DNA of 64,000 nucleotides from contig OZ241875.1 in the NCBI GenBank assembly GCA_965203325.1, positions 2,912,001 to 2,976,000 of the forward strand, read 5' to 3'. Position numbers and translations under genes: made by a program. The stretch's first letter is position 1; each line of letters opens with the position of its first letter. The notes beneath the pieces were generated by a model. It was given only the letters and a program-made list of their open reading frames with translations. It was not told where the DNA came from and made no database searches. Of this stretch, positions 25,601-34,714 are shown one piece after another. Source of the DNA: a bacterium (GTDB lineage Bacteria; UBA8248).

Positions 25601-27798
25601 GGCTGCACGAGATGGAGGCCATCCGCCTGAACAAGGGCCTCGCCGTGTTCCGACGCGCCATGACCATCCGCCTGGAAAACCGGCAGCGGCGCGGCTTCAC
25701 GAACGCGGATTTCGAGCCCTTGGCCCATCATTACAAGGGACAGACCCTCCACGTCCACGTGATGGCGGAGTTCGCCGAGCGCGGCCGCGACGCCATACGC
25801 GATGCGGAGCGTCTGGCGATGGACTACTTCACGCTGAAAGAGGAGGCGTTTCTCGCACGCTGGCTGCCGGGCCGGGACAGGGAGATCGGACGCCAGACCA
25901 CGCCCGCATCGTGGCGGGCCATCGTTGAGAGCCTGAAGAACCCCCACCAGCAGCGCATCGTCGCGGACGACCGGGAGCAGACGAACGTGCTGGTGCTCGC
26001 GGGTCCCGGATCGGGCAAGACCCGGGTGCTGGTGCACCGCCTCGCCTGGCTGATCCGCGTGAGGCGGGAGAACCCCCGCAGCATCCTGGCCCTGGCCTAC
26101 AACCGCCATGCGGCGGTCGAGATACGCCGCCGTCTTAAAGAGTTGATCGGCGACGACGCCCGAGGCGTGACCGTCCTCACCTGCCACGCCTTGGCGATGC
26201 GCCTGGCCGGGTTCAGTTTCCTGAACCGGGCGGAACGCCCTGACGAGGAGGTGTTCAAGGAGATGCTCCGCCGCGCCGCGGAATTGCTGCGCGGAGAAGG
26301 CCTGCCGCCCGAGGAAGCGGACGAGCAGCGCGAGCGATTGCTGGCGGGCTTCCGCTGGATACTGGTGGACGAATATCAGGACGTCGGGAAAGAAGAGTAC
26401 GCGTTGATCTCGGCCCTGGCCGGGCGGACGCTCGCGGATGAGGACGGCAAGCTCACCCTGTTCGCGGTCGGCGACGACGACCAGAACATCTACGCCTTCA
26501 CCGGCGCCTCGGTGGAATTCATCCGCCGCTTCGAGGAGGACTATAAAGCCCGCCCCACCTATCTCACGGCGAACTACCGTTCCACGGCCCACGTCGTGGC
26601 GGCGGCCAACGCGGTGATCGAACAGGCCCGCGAACGAATGAAAGCCGCCCACCCCATCCATGTCGACCGCGCGCGCCAGAATGACCCGCCGGGCGGGGCG
26701 TGGGAAAAGCGGGACCCGGTCTCGCGGGGCCGGGTGCAGATACTGCCTGCGGGCCGCGACCCGATCCATCAGGCGCGGGCCGTCATGGCGGAGTTGCTGC
26801 GTCTTGCGTCGGTTGCGCGGGAGGATTGGGACTGGTCGCGCTGCTCGGTGCTCGCGCGCGAGTGGAAGTATCTATTCCCCATGCGCGCTTTCTGCGAAGC
26901 GAAGGGCGTTCCGGTTCAGATGGGGGACGAGGAGATTCCGGGCTTCTGGCATCTGCGGGAGACCCGTGCATTCCTCGAATGGCTGCGCGGGCGCAGACCC
27001 CGCGTGGTCGACGGGGCGGCTCTCGCCGGTTGGGCAGAAGCGCGCCCGCCCGGTGCTTGGAACGACCTTCTTCGCCAGGCGGTCGAGGAGCACGCGCTCG
27101 AAACCGGCGGAGCGGAGACGCCGGTGGATCATTTTTTCGAATGGCTGGCGGAGTGGGGCCGGGAGGTGCGCAGGCGGCAGCGTGGCCTCCTGTTATCGAC
27201 CGCCCATGGCGCCAAGGGGCTGGAGTTCGACCACGTGGCCGTGCTGGACGGCGGCTGGAGCCGCGTCGGGCAAAACGAGGATGAAGACGCGCCGCGCCGT
27301 CTATACTACGTGGCCATGACGCGCGCCCGGCATACCCTGACGCTTGCGCGTTTCGAAGACGCCAACGGGTTCCCGGATGAATTGGCGGGTCATCCCGCCG
27401 TCATACGCCGCGAGCCAGCCGATCTTCCGCCGCCCTCTGCGGAACTCGGATATCACTACGTCCGCCCGAGTCTTAAGGAAGTGGACCTGGGCTTCGCCGG
27501 ACGGCGGGCTGCCCGCGATCCGGTTCACCGCGCCATCGCCGGACTCTCGGCGGGCGATCCGCTCGAGACGCGCATCACGGCTCAGGGGCGCTGGGAGTTG
27601 TTGGACAAGACGGGTGGGGTGGTGGGACGCCTCGCCGCTTCTTTCCAGTCGCCGCCCGAAACCCGTTGCCGCTCCGCCGAAGTATGGGCCGTCACCGGGT
27701 GGAGCCGTGAAGCCTCGAAACCCGAGTATCACGACTCCATACGATGCGACGCCTGGGAAGTGATCGTGCCGGAACTCGTATTCGAGCCGGTTCGTTAG
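22642..27798 (+). CDS. Fused DEDD-exonuclease-like / RecQ (SF2) helicase / UvrD-like (SF1) helicase protein, 1718 aa
   Basis: VDLEV, GHNLIAFD; PTGTGKS, DEAHCVSQWGHDFRPDY, LTATA, QEAGRAGRDG; AGPGSGKT, VDEYQD, VGDDDQNIYAF, NYRS, TAHGAKGLEF, YVAMTRAR. Confidence 0.93.
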   Translation: MKAEGAPASGRNDSFRPRCLSVDLEVSRNGVIHALGAVRSDTGESLTHSGGGLTAALAKLDELAEGALFILGHNLIAFDLPHLMAAKPDLRLLKLPMVDTLRLSPLAFPRNPYHHLVKHYQDGGLKRGRVNDPELDARLALEVFGDQVKELRKAHPDLLVAWHWLTTPEPDGADRALDDLFSGFRRSRRPSDAEARAAIGQRLEGVACATWGREILAKAASFGWPLAYVLAWLSVAGDNSGSVMPPWVRHQFPEAGELVRRLRDTACADPACVWCREMHDARKELARRFGPKIKNFRPKPAVDDGRPMQRAIVEAAMAGEHVLGILPTGTGKSICYQVPALSRYEKTGTLTVVISPLVALMKDQVDGLEKKKRGVGCCVTINGLLSMPERANALDQVRLGEAAILIISPEQLRSRSLRRAIDQREIGGWVVDEAHCVSQWGHDFRPDYRYVGRFIREKAGEGSVPPVLCLTATARPGVVEDVKRQFREKVGVELDVFDGGAERPNLTFEVIPTTGGEKFAHVQQVLESHLPSDAPGGAIVYCATRRGSEDIAEFLKQKGLAAEHFHAGLSPEIKKDAQQRFIEGELRVIAATNAFGMGIDKPDVRLVVHADIPGSLENYFQEAGRAGRDGAPARCVLLYTAEDVENRFGMSARSRLTRREIHGILRALRSLDRKKRSGGEVVATEGEILGEDEENAFERDSATDDTRVRTAVAWLEESELLAREENVVHVFPSSLRVGSVEEAKERLAKANITQAYRGQLLRIVEALIDAPPDDGVSTDELMGVSGLSSEGVRGALHDLERLGIASNDTALTAFVHAGVERHSQKRLEEAVALEAALIRHMREAAPDMRKGEAWTLHLRIAAQKLRDEGLPDPLPERLWRILRGIARDGRGEDGAGGSLTVRKRDAETAQVTLRREWGDLEETAELRRAAASRLLEHLLACLPPGSRGVDLLAATTLGKLLEAIQSDLILKSRARHPDKLLDRALLWLHEMEAIRLNKGLAVFRRAMTIRLENRQRRGFTNADFEPLAHHYKGQTLHVHVMAEFAERGRDAIRDAERLAMDYFTLKEEAFLARWLPGRDREIGRQTTPASWRAIVESLKNPHQQRIVADDREQTNVLVLAGPGSGKTRVLVHRLAWLIRVRRENPRSILALAYNRHAAVEIRRRLKELIGDDARGVTVLTCHALAMRLAGFSFLNRAERPDEEVFKEMLRRAAELLRGEGLPPEEADEQRERLLAGFRWILVDEYQDVGKEEYALISALAGRTLADEDGKLTLFAVGDDDQNIYAFTGASVEFIRRFEEDYKARPTYLTANYRSTAHVVAAANAVIEQARERMKAAHPIHVDRARQNDPPGGAWEKRDPVSRGRVQILPAGRDPIHQARAVMAELLRLASVAREDWDWSRCSVLAREWKYLFPMRAFCEAKGVPVQMGDEEIPGFWHLRETRAFLEWLRGRRPRVVDGAALAGWAEARPPGAWNDLLRQAVEEHALETGGAETPVDHFFEWLAEWGREVRRRQRGLLLSTAHGAKGLEFDHVAVLDGGWSRVGQNEDEDAPRRLYYVAMTRARHTLTLARFEDANGFPDELAGHPAVIRREPADLPPPSAELGYHYVRPSLKEVDLGFAGRRAARDPVHRAIAGLSAGDPLETRITAQGRWELLDKTGGVVGRLAASFQSPPETRCRSAEVWAVTGWSREASKPEYHDSIRCDAWEVIVPELVFEPVR

Positions 27799-27837
27799 GC
27801 GGCTTTCGCGCGACCCCCGACCTCCCTCTTTGAAACG

Positions 27838-28004
27838 AACCCCCCTACCCCCCTTGTCAGGGGGGTATGAAAAGGCGATGCGTCCCGGCCGGGTCGAGGG
27901 GTTTGCTTTTTTTTGTCCCTCTTGCCAAGGGGTATTGCTTTTACCCTCCCATCAAAGGGGCGTTGTTTTTCTTGCCCCCCTGACAAGGGGGGGTAGGGGG
28001 GGTT
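27838..28004. repeat. Palindromic MITE/REP-like element, copy 1
   Basis: Arms of the form AAC-C(n)-TA-C(n)-TTGTCA-G(n) ... C(n)-TGACAA-G(n)-TA-G(n)-TT. Confidence 0.9.
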
Positions 28005-28150
28005 GCTCTTTTGGCAAAGGCTTTTCAACGCCCCCTGCTCGCTCGGAATTGCCCCCCCCGATTTCGTGGACAAACGCCGTCCGAGCATGTAGATTGACGC
28101 TCATTCATCGACTTATCATTTCGCGGTTCTCTTCTCATCAGGAGCATGCC

Positions 28151-30445
28151 ATGGCGGAAGCCAAAGACATGGGCGGCGCCGTAGTCGGCGAGTCTCTTCC
28201 CTTTCTGGACGACCCCGAAAAGGCGGCGGGCACAGCGGATTACCTCGACGACCTCCAGCTTCCGGGGATGCTGGTGGGCAAGGCGCTTCGCAGCGAACAC
28301 GCGCACGCCGAGATAGTATCGCTCGACGCGAGCGAGGCGCTGCGCGTCCCCGGCGTCGTCGCCGTACTCACGGGAGACGACCTGGCCGAGCATCCCTGCA
28401 TCACCGCCCACGTGCGGGCCATGCCCGTCATCGCCCACGACAGGGTGCGCTACACGGGCGAGGTGGTCGCGCTCGTCGCGGCGGAGACGCTCGAGGCGGC
28501 CGAGGCGGCGACGCGGCTGATACGGGTCGAATACCGGCCCCTGCCCGTCGTCTCCTGTCCGCGCGAGGCGATGGAAGAGGGCGCGGAAATCATCTTTCCC
28601 GGCGGGAACGTGCTCAACCAGGCGAAGATACGGAAAGGGGATATCGAGGAGGGCTTCGGGAAGGCCGACGTGATCGTCGAGAACGAATACTCCACACCCG
28701 CCGTCGATCACCTCTATCTCGAAGTGGAGGCGGCGTGCGCGAGCCCGAACCCCGGCGGCGGGATCCAGATATGGGGTTCGACCCAGCAGCCCTTCCTGGT
28801 GCGGCAGAACGTCGCCCGGATACTGGGCCTCAGGGGCGAGAGTTCGGTCCGTTTCGTCCAGACGACCACCGGCGGGGCTTTCGGCGGGAAGAGCGAGGCG
28901 AGCCTCGACGTGTGCCTGCGCGCCGCCGTCCTCGCCCGCGCCGCCGGCAGGCCGGTGAAGCTCGTCTATTCGCGCGAGGAGAGCATGATCGCCTCCACCA
29001 AGCGCCACGCGGCGTTCATCCGCTCGAAAACCGGGGCGACGAAGGACGGACGCCTGGTGGCCGTCCAAGTGGAGGTTTGGCTCGACAAGGGGGCGTACGT
29101 GGCCAACGGGGGGGACAACCCGCCCGCGTTCAAGCGCGCGACCTACCATGCCGCGGGCCCCTACCAGGCGCCCAACGCGAAGGTGGACGTCCACTGCGTG
29201 CACACGAACCACCCCTACGGGGGACAGATGCGCGGGCCGGGCTGTCCCCAGGTGCACTTCGCGGGCGAGCAGCAGATGGACGCACTCGCCAGGGCGCTTG
29301 AGATGGACCCCATCGAGATCAGGCGCGTGAACGGGCTCAGGGTCGGCGCCCGGACGGCGTGGAACCAGCACCTGCCCGAGAGCGTCGGTTTTCTCGATAC
29401 GCTGAGCGAGGTGGAGCGGGCCTCTTCCTGGGGAGGCTGTGGAAACGGGAGAGCCGCGGACGGCCGCTTGCGCGGGCGCGGCGTGGCGAGTTGTCTCTAC
29501 GGGACGGGCAACGCCTATTCCCCGGCGGAGGCGCACGTCTTCTTGACGGCAGAGGGCAAGGTGCAGGTGGCTGCAGGCGTCGTGGATTTCGGCCAGGGCA
29601 GCAAGACGGTGCTTTGCCAGATCGCCGCCGAGACGCTGGACATCCCGTATCCTGAGTTCCTGATGGATAGCGTGGACACAGCCATCGACCCCTTCGGCGG
29701 AACGAGTTCGAGTTCGCGCATCACCATGCAGGGCGGAAAGGCGGTCTACAACGCCGCCCTCAAGGCGCGCGAGGAGTTGCTGCGCCTCGGCGGGATCCTG
29801 CTGGAGGCGGACCCCGAAGACCTGGAGCTTCGCGGCGGCGTGGTTCGCTCGCGCTCGCATGAGGAAACGCGGGTCACGCTCGCCGAGATCGCGGGCGCCT
29901 TCGTCGCCGATGAACTCAAGCAGATCGGCGCCGCGGACAGCATCCCGCCGCCCGCCAGGACCGACAAGGAGACCGGCCAGGGCGAGCCTTATGAAATCTA
30001 CGGGTTCGGCAGCCAGGTGGCCGAGGTGCTCGTGGACGAGGAGACGGGCGAGGTGGAGGTGACCGGCGTCTGGGCCGCGCACGACGTGGGCCGGGCCATC
30101 AGCCCCATGGGCGTGGAGCAGCAGATCGAGGGTGGCGTCTACATGGGTATCGGGTTCTGCATGATGGAGGAGGTCGTCCAGCGCGAGGGCCTGATGCAGA
30201 ACCCCGACATGCACGGCTACCTCGCTCCCACGGTCGAAGACGTGCCGGACCGGGTGGCGTCCCTCATCGTGGAGGATGCCTACTCGAACGGCCCTTACGG
30301 GGCGAAGGGCGTCGGCGAGCAGGTGACCGTGCCCACGGCGGCGGCCATCGCCAACGCGATCTACGACGCCACGGGCGTGCGGTTCCACGACCTGCCCCTG
30401 ACGCCGGACAGGGTCGCGATGGCGCTCCTGAAGGCGAGGTCGTGA
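28151..30445 (+). CDS. Xanthine dehydrogenase-family molybdopterin-binding (large) subunit
   Basis: GGAFGGK, QMRGPG, DFGQG, SSSR, QQIEGG, AKGVGE; ATG 28151 after AGGAG. Confidence 0.93.
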   Translation: MAEAKDMGGAVVGESLPFLDDPEKAAGTADYLDDLQLPGMLVGKALRSEHAHAEIVSLDASEALRVPGVVAVLTGDDLAEHPCITAHVRAMPVIAHDRVRYTGEVVALVAAETLEAAEAATRLIRVEYRPLPVVSCPREAMEEGAEIIFPGGNVLNQAKIRKGDIEEGFGKADVIVENEYSTPAVDHLYLEVEAACASPNPGGGIQIWGSTQQPFLVRQNVARILGLRGESSVRFVQTTTGGAFGGKSEASLDVCLRAAVLARAAGRPVKLVYSREESMIASTKRHAAFIRSKTGATKDGRLVAVQVEVWLDKGAYVANGGDNPPAFKRATYHAAGPYQAPNAKVDVHCVHTNHPYGGQMRGPGCPQVHFAGEQQMDALARALEMDPIEIRRVNGLRVGARTAWNQHLPESVGFLDTLSEVERASSWGGCGNGRAADGRLRGRGVASCLYGTGNAYSPAEAHVFLTAEGKVQVAAGVVDFGQGSKTVLCQIAAETLDIPYPEFLMDSVDTAIDPFGGTSSSSRITMQGGKAVYNAALKAREELLRLGGILLEADPEDLELRGGVVRSRSHEETRVTLAEIAGAFVADELKQIGAADSIPPPARTDKETGQGEPYEIYGFGSQVAEVLVDEETGEVEVTGVWAAHDVGRAISPMGVEQQIEGGVYMGIGFCMMEEVVQREGLMQNPDMHGYLAPTVEDVPDRVASLIVEDAYSNGPYGAKGVGEQVTVPTAAAIANAIYDATGVRFHDLPLTPDRVAMALLKARS

Positions 30446-30464
30446 TTCCGGAACGCGTTGGTCC

Positions 30465-30568
30465 GTAGGGGTGTCGAACTTCCCCGAGGAGGGGGAGTTC
30501 GAGTGTGCCCGCCCGATTCAAGTAGTTCGGCAATCCGGTTGCAGGGGTCGTTCGCGAACGACTCCTAC
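30465..30568. repeat. GTAG-type REP-like palindromes
   Basis: GTAGGGG... and GCAGGGGTCGTTCGCGAACGACTCCTAC. Confidence 0.6.
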
Positions 30569-30591
30569 GGAAACTTGCGGTTCTCGCCCTG

Positions 30592-30746
30592 AAAACCAAC
30601 CCCCCTACCCCCCTTGTCAGGGGGGCAAACGCGAGTGATGAACGAGCGTTTGCATGAGCCATTGACGAGAAACACATCGTCTTGCAAAACCTCCCTCTTC
30701 GGTCGGTTTTGACCCCTGACAAGGGGGGGTAGGGGGGGTTGGTTTC
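30592..30746. repeat. Palindromic MITE/REP-like element, copy 2
   Basis: Same arms as 27838-28004 with a different spacer. Confidence 0.9.
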
Positions 30747-30823
30747 AAGACGAGGGAGGACTAGGGACGCAAAATACCTCATCCCGAGTAGGCCCCGAAG
30801 GGGCCGTATCGAGGGGCCCCCCG

Positions 30824-33103
30824 TCAATCCTTCCGGTCGAGGGCCATCAGCAGGGTCGGCAGAAGCAGGAAATCGGCCAGGAGCGCGAAGGAGATCGTGA
30901 TCGCCACCATCAGGCCGAGCGCCCAGCTGACCTCGAACCCCGATGAGGCGAACACCAGAAAACCGAGTGACAAGACCGCGGTCGTGGTCCACAGCGCATG
31001 GCCCACCGTGCGGAATACGGCGCGCACGGACTCGGTCGCGGAGAGGCCCTCGCGGCGGAATCTCAGATACTTGCTCAAGAAGTGGATCGTGTCGTCCACG
31101 ATGATCCCGAATGCGATGGCGGTCATCACCGAGCCGGCGAGACCCAGGCGGCCGACCAGATGGCCCCACAGGCCGAAGGTCATGGCGGCGGGGAGGAAGT
31201 TCGGCACGAGGCTGATGAGACCGATGCGCACGTTCTTGAAGACCAGGATGAGAATGAGTGAAATGAGGGCCATCGCGATTATCGTGCCGCGCAGCATGCT
31301 GTGGATGTTCCTGAGCGTGAGGTGAGCGAAGACCATGGTGATCCCCGACGCCTCGGCCGCGAACTCGGGTATGTTGGCGCGGAGCCAGGCTTGCGCGTGT
31401 TCGTCGAAATCGCGCTGGTCCTTGGAGGATAGGCTGCGGATCACGACGGTCATGCGCGTCGTGGATTTCGCGACGTCGATGCGGTTGTTCAGGTCCATGC
31501 CGAAGGGGAGCGAAAACTCGTAGAGCAGCAGATATTGCGCGGCGAGCCTGGGGTCGTCGGGGATTTTGTAGAAGGCCGGGTCGTCGCCGTGCATGTTCTT
31601 GTTCAGGCGCTTCATGACGTCCGGGAAGGCCCTCACGTGGCTCACCTTGGGCTGCTTCCGGCACCATTCGGCGAAAGCCTCGACTTTCTTCAGGTACTCA
31701 GGATCGGTGATGCCGCCCTCGCGCCCCGATTTGAGCGAGTATTCCAGCGAATCCAGGCCGGTCAGGTTCTCGAACACGAAATCCGTATCGCGGCGGAACT
31801 CGTAGCGCTCGTCGAAGTAGTGCGCCCACCGCTCGGTGAGCTCGTTGCGGGGAATGCCGCTGATGAGAACGAGCGTCAGAACCGCGACGAACGCGAGCAG
31901 AACCGCACGGCGCTCGACGACGAAGGCGCCGAGGCGGTCGAAAACGGAGGATTTCTCGGGCGGAATCCGGCGCGCGCGCAGCGGGAGGATCGAAAGCAGC
32001 GCCGGCAGCAGCGTCATGGCGTAGACGAAAGAAAACAGCACGCCCAGCGCCACGAGATTGCCCAGGACGTGGAAGGGCGGCGAGTCCGACGTGTTCAGGC
32101 TCAGGAAACCGATCACGGTCGTGAGCGAGGTCAGAAACACCGGCCAGGCGTTGCTCCGGAGCGATTCGGCGATCGACGCGTTCTTGTCGAGCCCGCGCCC
32201 CATGCCAAACAGGGTGGCCGTGACGATGTGGACCGAGTTCGCGACGGAGATCGCCATGATGATGATCGGCACGCCGGAATTGGTGGGGCTGAACACCGCC
32301 CCAATCCAGCCGGCGATCCCCAGCGTGTTTATCAGGATGAATACGATGGAGACGACGATGGCCAGCGTGCCCAGCACCGAGCGCAAAAGGAGCGCGGTCG
32401 TGATGATGATCATGAGAAAGACGAGCGGCATGAGCGTTTCCAGCTCTTCTTTCGTCACGTCGGCGAAGGCGCGGTGCATGATGACGTCGCCGGTCAGGTA
32501 AAAGGAGATGTCCGGGTATTTCGCGCGGGCCTTCTGGAGAACGCCGTTCAGATAATCGCTTATCTCGATCACCGCGGCGTCGAGGTCTTCGGGCAGGATG
32601 AAAGTGATCGCCAGCCCGCCCACGCGTCCGTCATGAGAGACGAGGCGTCCGGCGATTTCCTTGGCGCCCAGCGCGATTTTCCGGATTCGCGCGACCTCCG
32701 CTTCGCTCAGCGCGCTCGCGTCGTCGACGAGCGGCTCGACGATCAGGTCATCCCCCTCCGCGCGGCTGTGGTTGTAGTTGGTGAGGGAGTCGACGCGGCT
32801 CGAATGAGGCGCCTTCCACCCGGCTTCGGTCAACTCCTCGAGCGCGCCGAGCGCCTCTTTGGTGAACACCGAACCGCCCTTGGGCGCGACGGCGATGAGC
32901 GCGGTGTCGGACGTGGAGAAGGTTTTCTCCAGCGCCCGGAAGGCGGCGAACTGGGGGTTGTCTTCGCCGAACATGATGCGGTAGTCGTTCGTGGTCTTGA
33001 TGAAGCGCCCGCCCGCTCCCGTGATGAGCAGGATCACGACGGCCAGCGCGACGACCAGCCACCGCCGGCTCAGAACGGCGTCGATATAGCGATCCAGTTG
33101 CAC
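30824..33103 (-). CDS. MMPL/RND-family lipid transporter (paralog B)
   Basis: Two-repeat RND topology, ISLVPN, FGIIVDDTIHF, DFLLLP. Confidence 0.92.
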   Translation of the reverse strand: MQLDRYIDAVLSRRWLVVALAVVILLITGAGGRFIKTTNDYRIMFGEDNPQFAAFRALEKTFSTSDTALIAVAPKGGSVFTKEALGALEELTEAGWKAPHSSRVDSLTNYNHSRAEGDDLIVEPLVDDASALSEAEVARIRKIALGAKEIAGRLVSHDGRVGGLAITFILPEDLDAAVIEISDYLNGVLQKARAKYPDISFYLTGDVIMHRAFADVTKEELETLMPLVFLMIIITTALLLRSVLGTLAIVVSIVFILINTLGIAGWIGAVFSPTNSGVPIIIMAISVANSVHIVTATLFGMGRGLDKNASIAESLRSNAWPVFLTSLTTVIGFLSLNTSDSPPFHVLGNLVALGVLFSFVYAMTLLPALLSILPLRARRIPPEKSSVFDRLGAFVVERRAVLLAFVAVLTLVLISGIPRNELTERWAHYFDERYEFRRDTDFVFENLTGLDSLEYSLKSGREGGITDPEYLKKVEAFAEWCRKQPKVSHVRAFPDVMKRLNKNMHGDDPAFYKIPDDPRLAAQYLLLYEFSLPFGMDLNNRIDVAKSTTRMTVVIRSLSSKDQRDFDEHAQAWLRANIPEFAAEASGITMVFAHLTLRNIHSMLRGTIIAMALISLILILVFKNVRIGLISLVPNFLPAAMTFGLWGHLVGRLGLAGSVMTAIAFGIIVDDTIHFLSKYLRFRREGLSATESVRAVFRTVGHALWTTTAVLSLGFLVFASSGFEVSWALGLMVAITISFALLADFLLLPTLLMALDRKD

Positions 33104-33181
33104 GGGGGTTATCGCTTCATCGTCACGGGCCGGGCGCGGCTGCGGGCTGGTTTTTCTGTGTGCGCCGAATCACCGGGTCTC

Positions 33182-34345
33182 TTACCATTTGCTTGATTCC
33201 GACGCTTTGACGCGGTCGGGCATCCGGTAGCTGATTCCACCCTCGTCGTACACGGAAATCTGCAAAAGCTGCGAAAAATTCTGGGATTTGACGAGCTGTT
33301 TGCTGTTCAAGAATCGCAGGACGCGTTGTTTTATCCGGAAACTGTAGAGCGTAATCATCGTGTTGAGGCGGGAGTGCTTCGGATACCCGAACTGCTCCGC
33401 GAGTTCCTGGCCTATCAGCGCTCTCGAAAGGCGGTAGGCCAGATCCGTCAAATCTTCTTGCTCCTTCGGGTCCGTCACGCCGGCGACCGGCGCGATGGCC
33501 TTGATCAGCGCGTTCGACATGGCCACCGAATCTTCGCCGGGCGGCGGTTCGCACATGTAGGCGATGTTGTGTTTTCTCTCTGCATCCGCGCCGTCGGTGT
33601 AGAGGATGGTCTCGGGTATCCCCATGAGGTAGCCCGCGTAGCGCCAGACGGCGAGAACGCTCTCTTGTTCCTCGATGCTGAAGCTCGTCCCGACGAGTTT
33701 CGAGTATCTGAGCAGTTGCATCGAGAAGATGGCGATGGCCAGGCCCAGGTTCGCCGCGCTCAGCGGCGCGCCCCAGGTTTCCTGATCCCAGTTGCCTGAT
33801 TTCGTCAGCAGTTGCCTGATGCGCGCGTGCACGAACCGGACGCGCATGGAGAGTTTCCAGCCGTCGCCGTTTCTGTGCAGGCCGCCGGGATAGAATATCT
33901 CCATCAACTGGCGGTTGTTCTGCATGAGGCGCCTGGGGGTCGCCGCCACCCGCCCGGTCGTGTTGAAGGACTTGGCGATGAGCGTCGAAAAGCCCTCCAC
34001 CAGCACCCCCGTCACGAATGCGACGAGCATGAGGTCGACGTTTACGTTGAAGCAGCGGATCCCCGGTTTGAACGCTTCGTGGTCGAGCCAGGAAGGCTCT
34101 TCGAAATTCCAGAAGAAATCGCGCAGGGGTTGCGGCGCTTCCTGCAGAACACGGTCATGCCCTTCGATGCCGGCCTCGATGAACGCGTGCAGGTCATAGA
34201 CCGGGATGGAAGATATCTCCTCCATGATCGGGTCGAGAACGGGATCGCCGATGGTAGTGTGCCGGATGTAGAGGTCCGCCAGTTCCTGATCGTGAAGATG
34301 AGCCTTTCGCTCGTAGCCTTCAACGTAGGCGGATGGTATTTGCAT
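33182..34345 (-). CDS. MpaB/Lcp (rubber oxygenase)-like heme oxygenase (DUF2236)
   Basis: GDPVLD, RRLMQN, RVRFVHARIR, WDQETWGAPLS, WRYAGYLMGI; GAGGAG Shine-Dalgarno. Confidence 0.85.
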   Translation of the reverse strand: MQIPSAYVEGYERKAHLHDQELADLYIRHTTIGDPVLDPIMEEISSIPVYDLHAFIEAGIEGHDRVLQEAPQPLRDFFWNFEEPSWLDHEAFKPGIRCFNVNVDLMLVAFVTGVLVEGFSTLIAKSFNTTGRVAATPRRLMQNNRQLMEIFYPGGLHRNGDGWKLSMRVRFVHARIRQLLTKSGNWDQETWGAPLSAANLGLAIAIFSMQLLRYSKLVGTSFSIEEQESVLAVWRYAGYLMGIPETILYTDGADAERKHNIAYMCEPPPGEDSVAMSNALIKAIAPVAGVTDPKEQEDLTDLAYRLSRALIGQELAEQFGYPKHSRLNTMITLYSFRIKQRVLRFLNSKQLVKSQNFSQLLQISVYDEGGISYRMPDRVKASESSKW

Positions 34346-34714
34346 CGCCGTAAGGTCTCCTCGAAAGTTCATTCAGCGGTTCTAGGAATTTCCGGTGAGA
34401 CGAAGAATGAATCCATCTTTGTAGAAAGCATGTCCGTCTACCCGTTGAGTCCTGCGAAAACAACGCAGCAAGTAAACTTTCGGAAAAATCGTTCAAACCC
34501 TCTCTCAAATGCCTATCTGCAACACTTTGTTTCAATTTCCTTTATGGTTTTTCACAATTTCTTGAATATACTGTCAAAACCATTCATTGCGCAAGAGATA
34601 TTTCAGCTGATTCAGAGTGCGCTTTCTGAGCCTTTATTTGCTTCAAATCCCTCGGGCGGAGATTCACTCGCAATCTCGAACCCTTTGTCTCTCGCGTGAG
34701 ATGGAAGCACTGCG

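Noticed and set aside
27830..28150. 107-aa N-terminal extension of the XDH subunit
   Set aside because: It is a translation of the palindromic repeat; a good Shine-Dalgarno and ATG lie at 28151.
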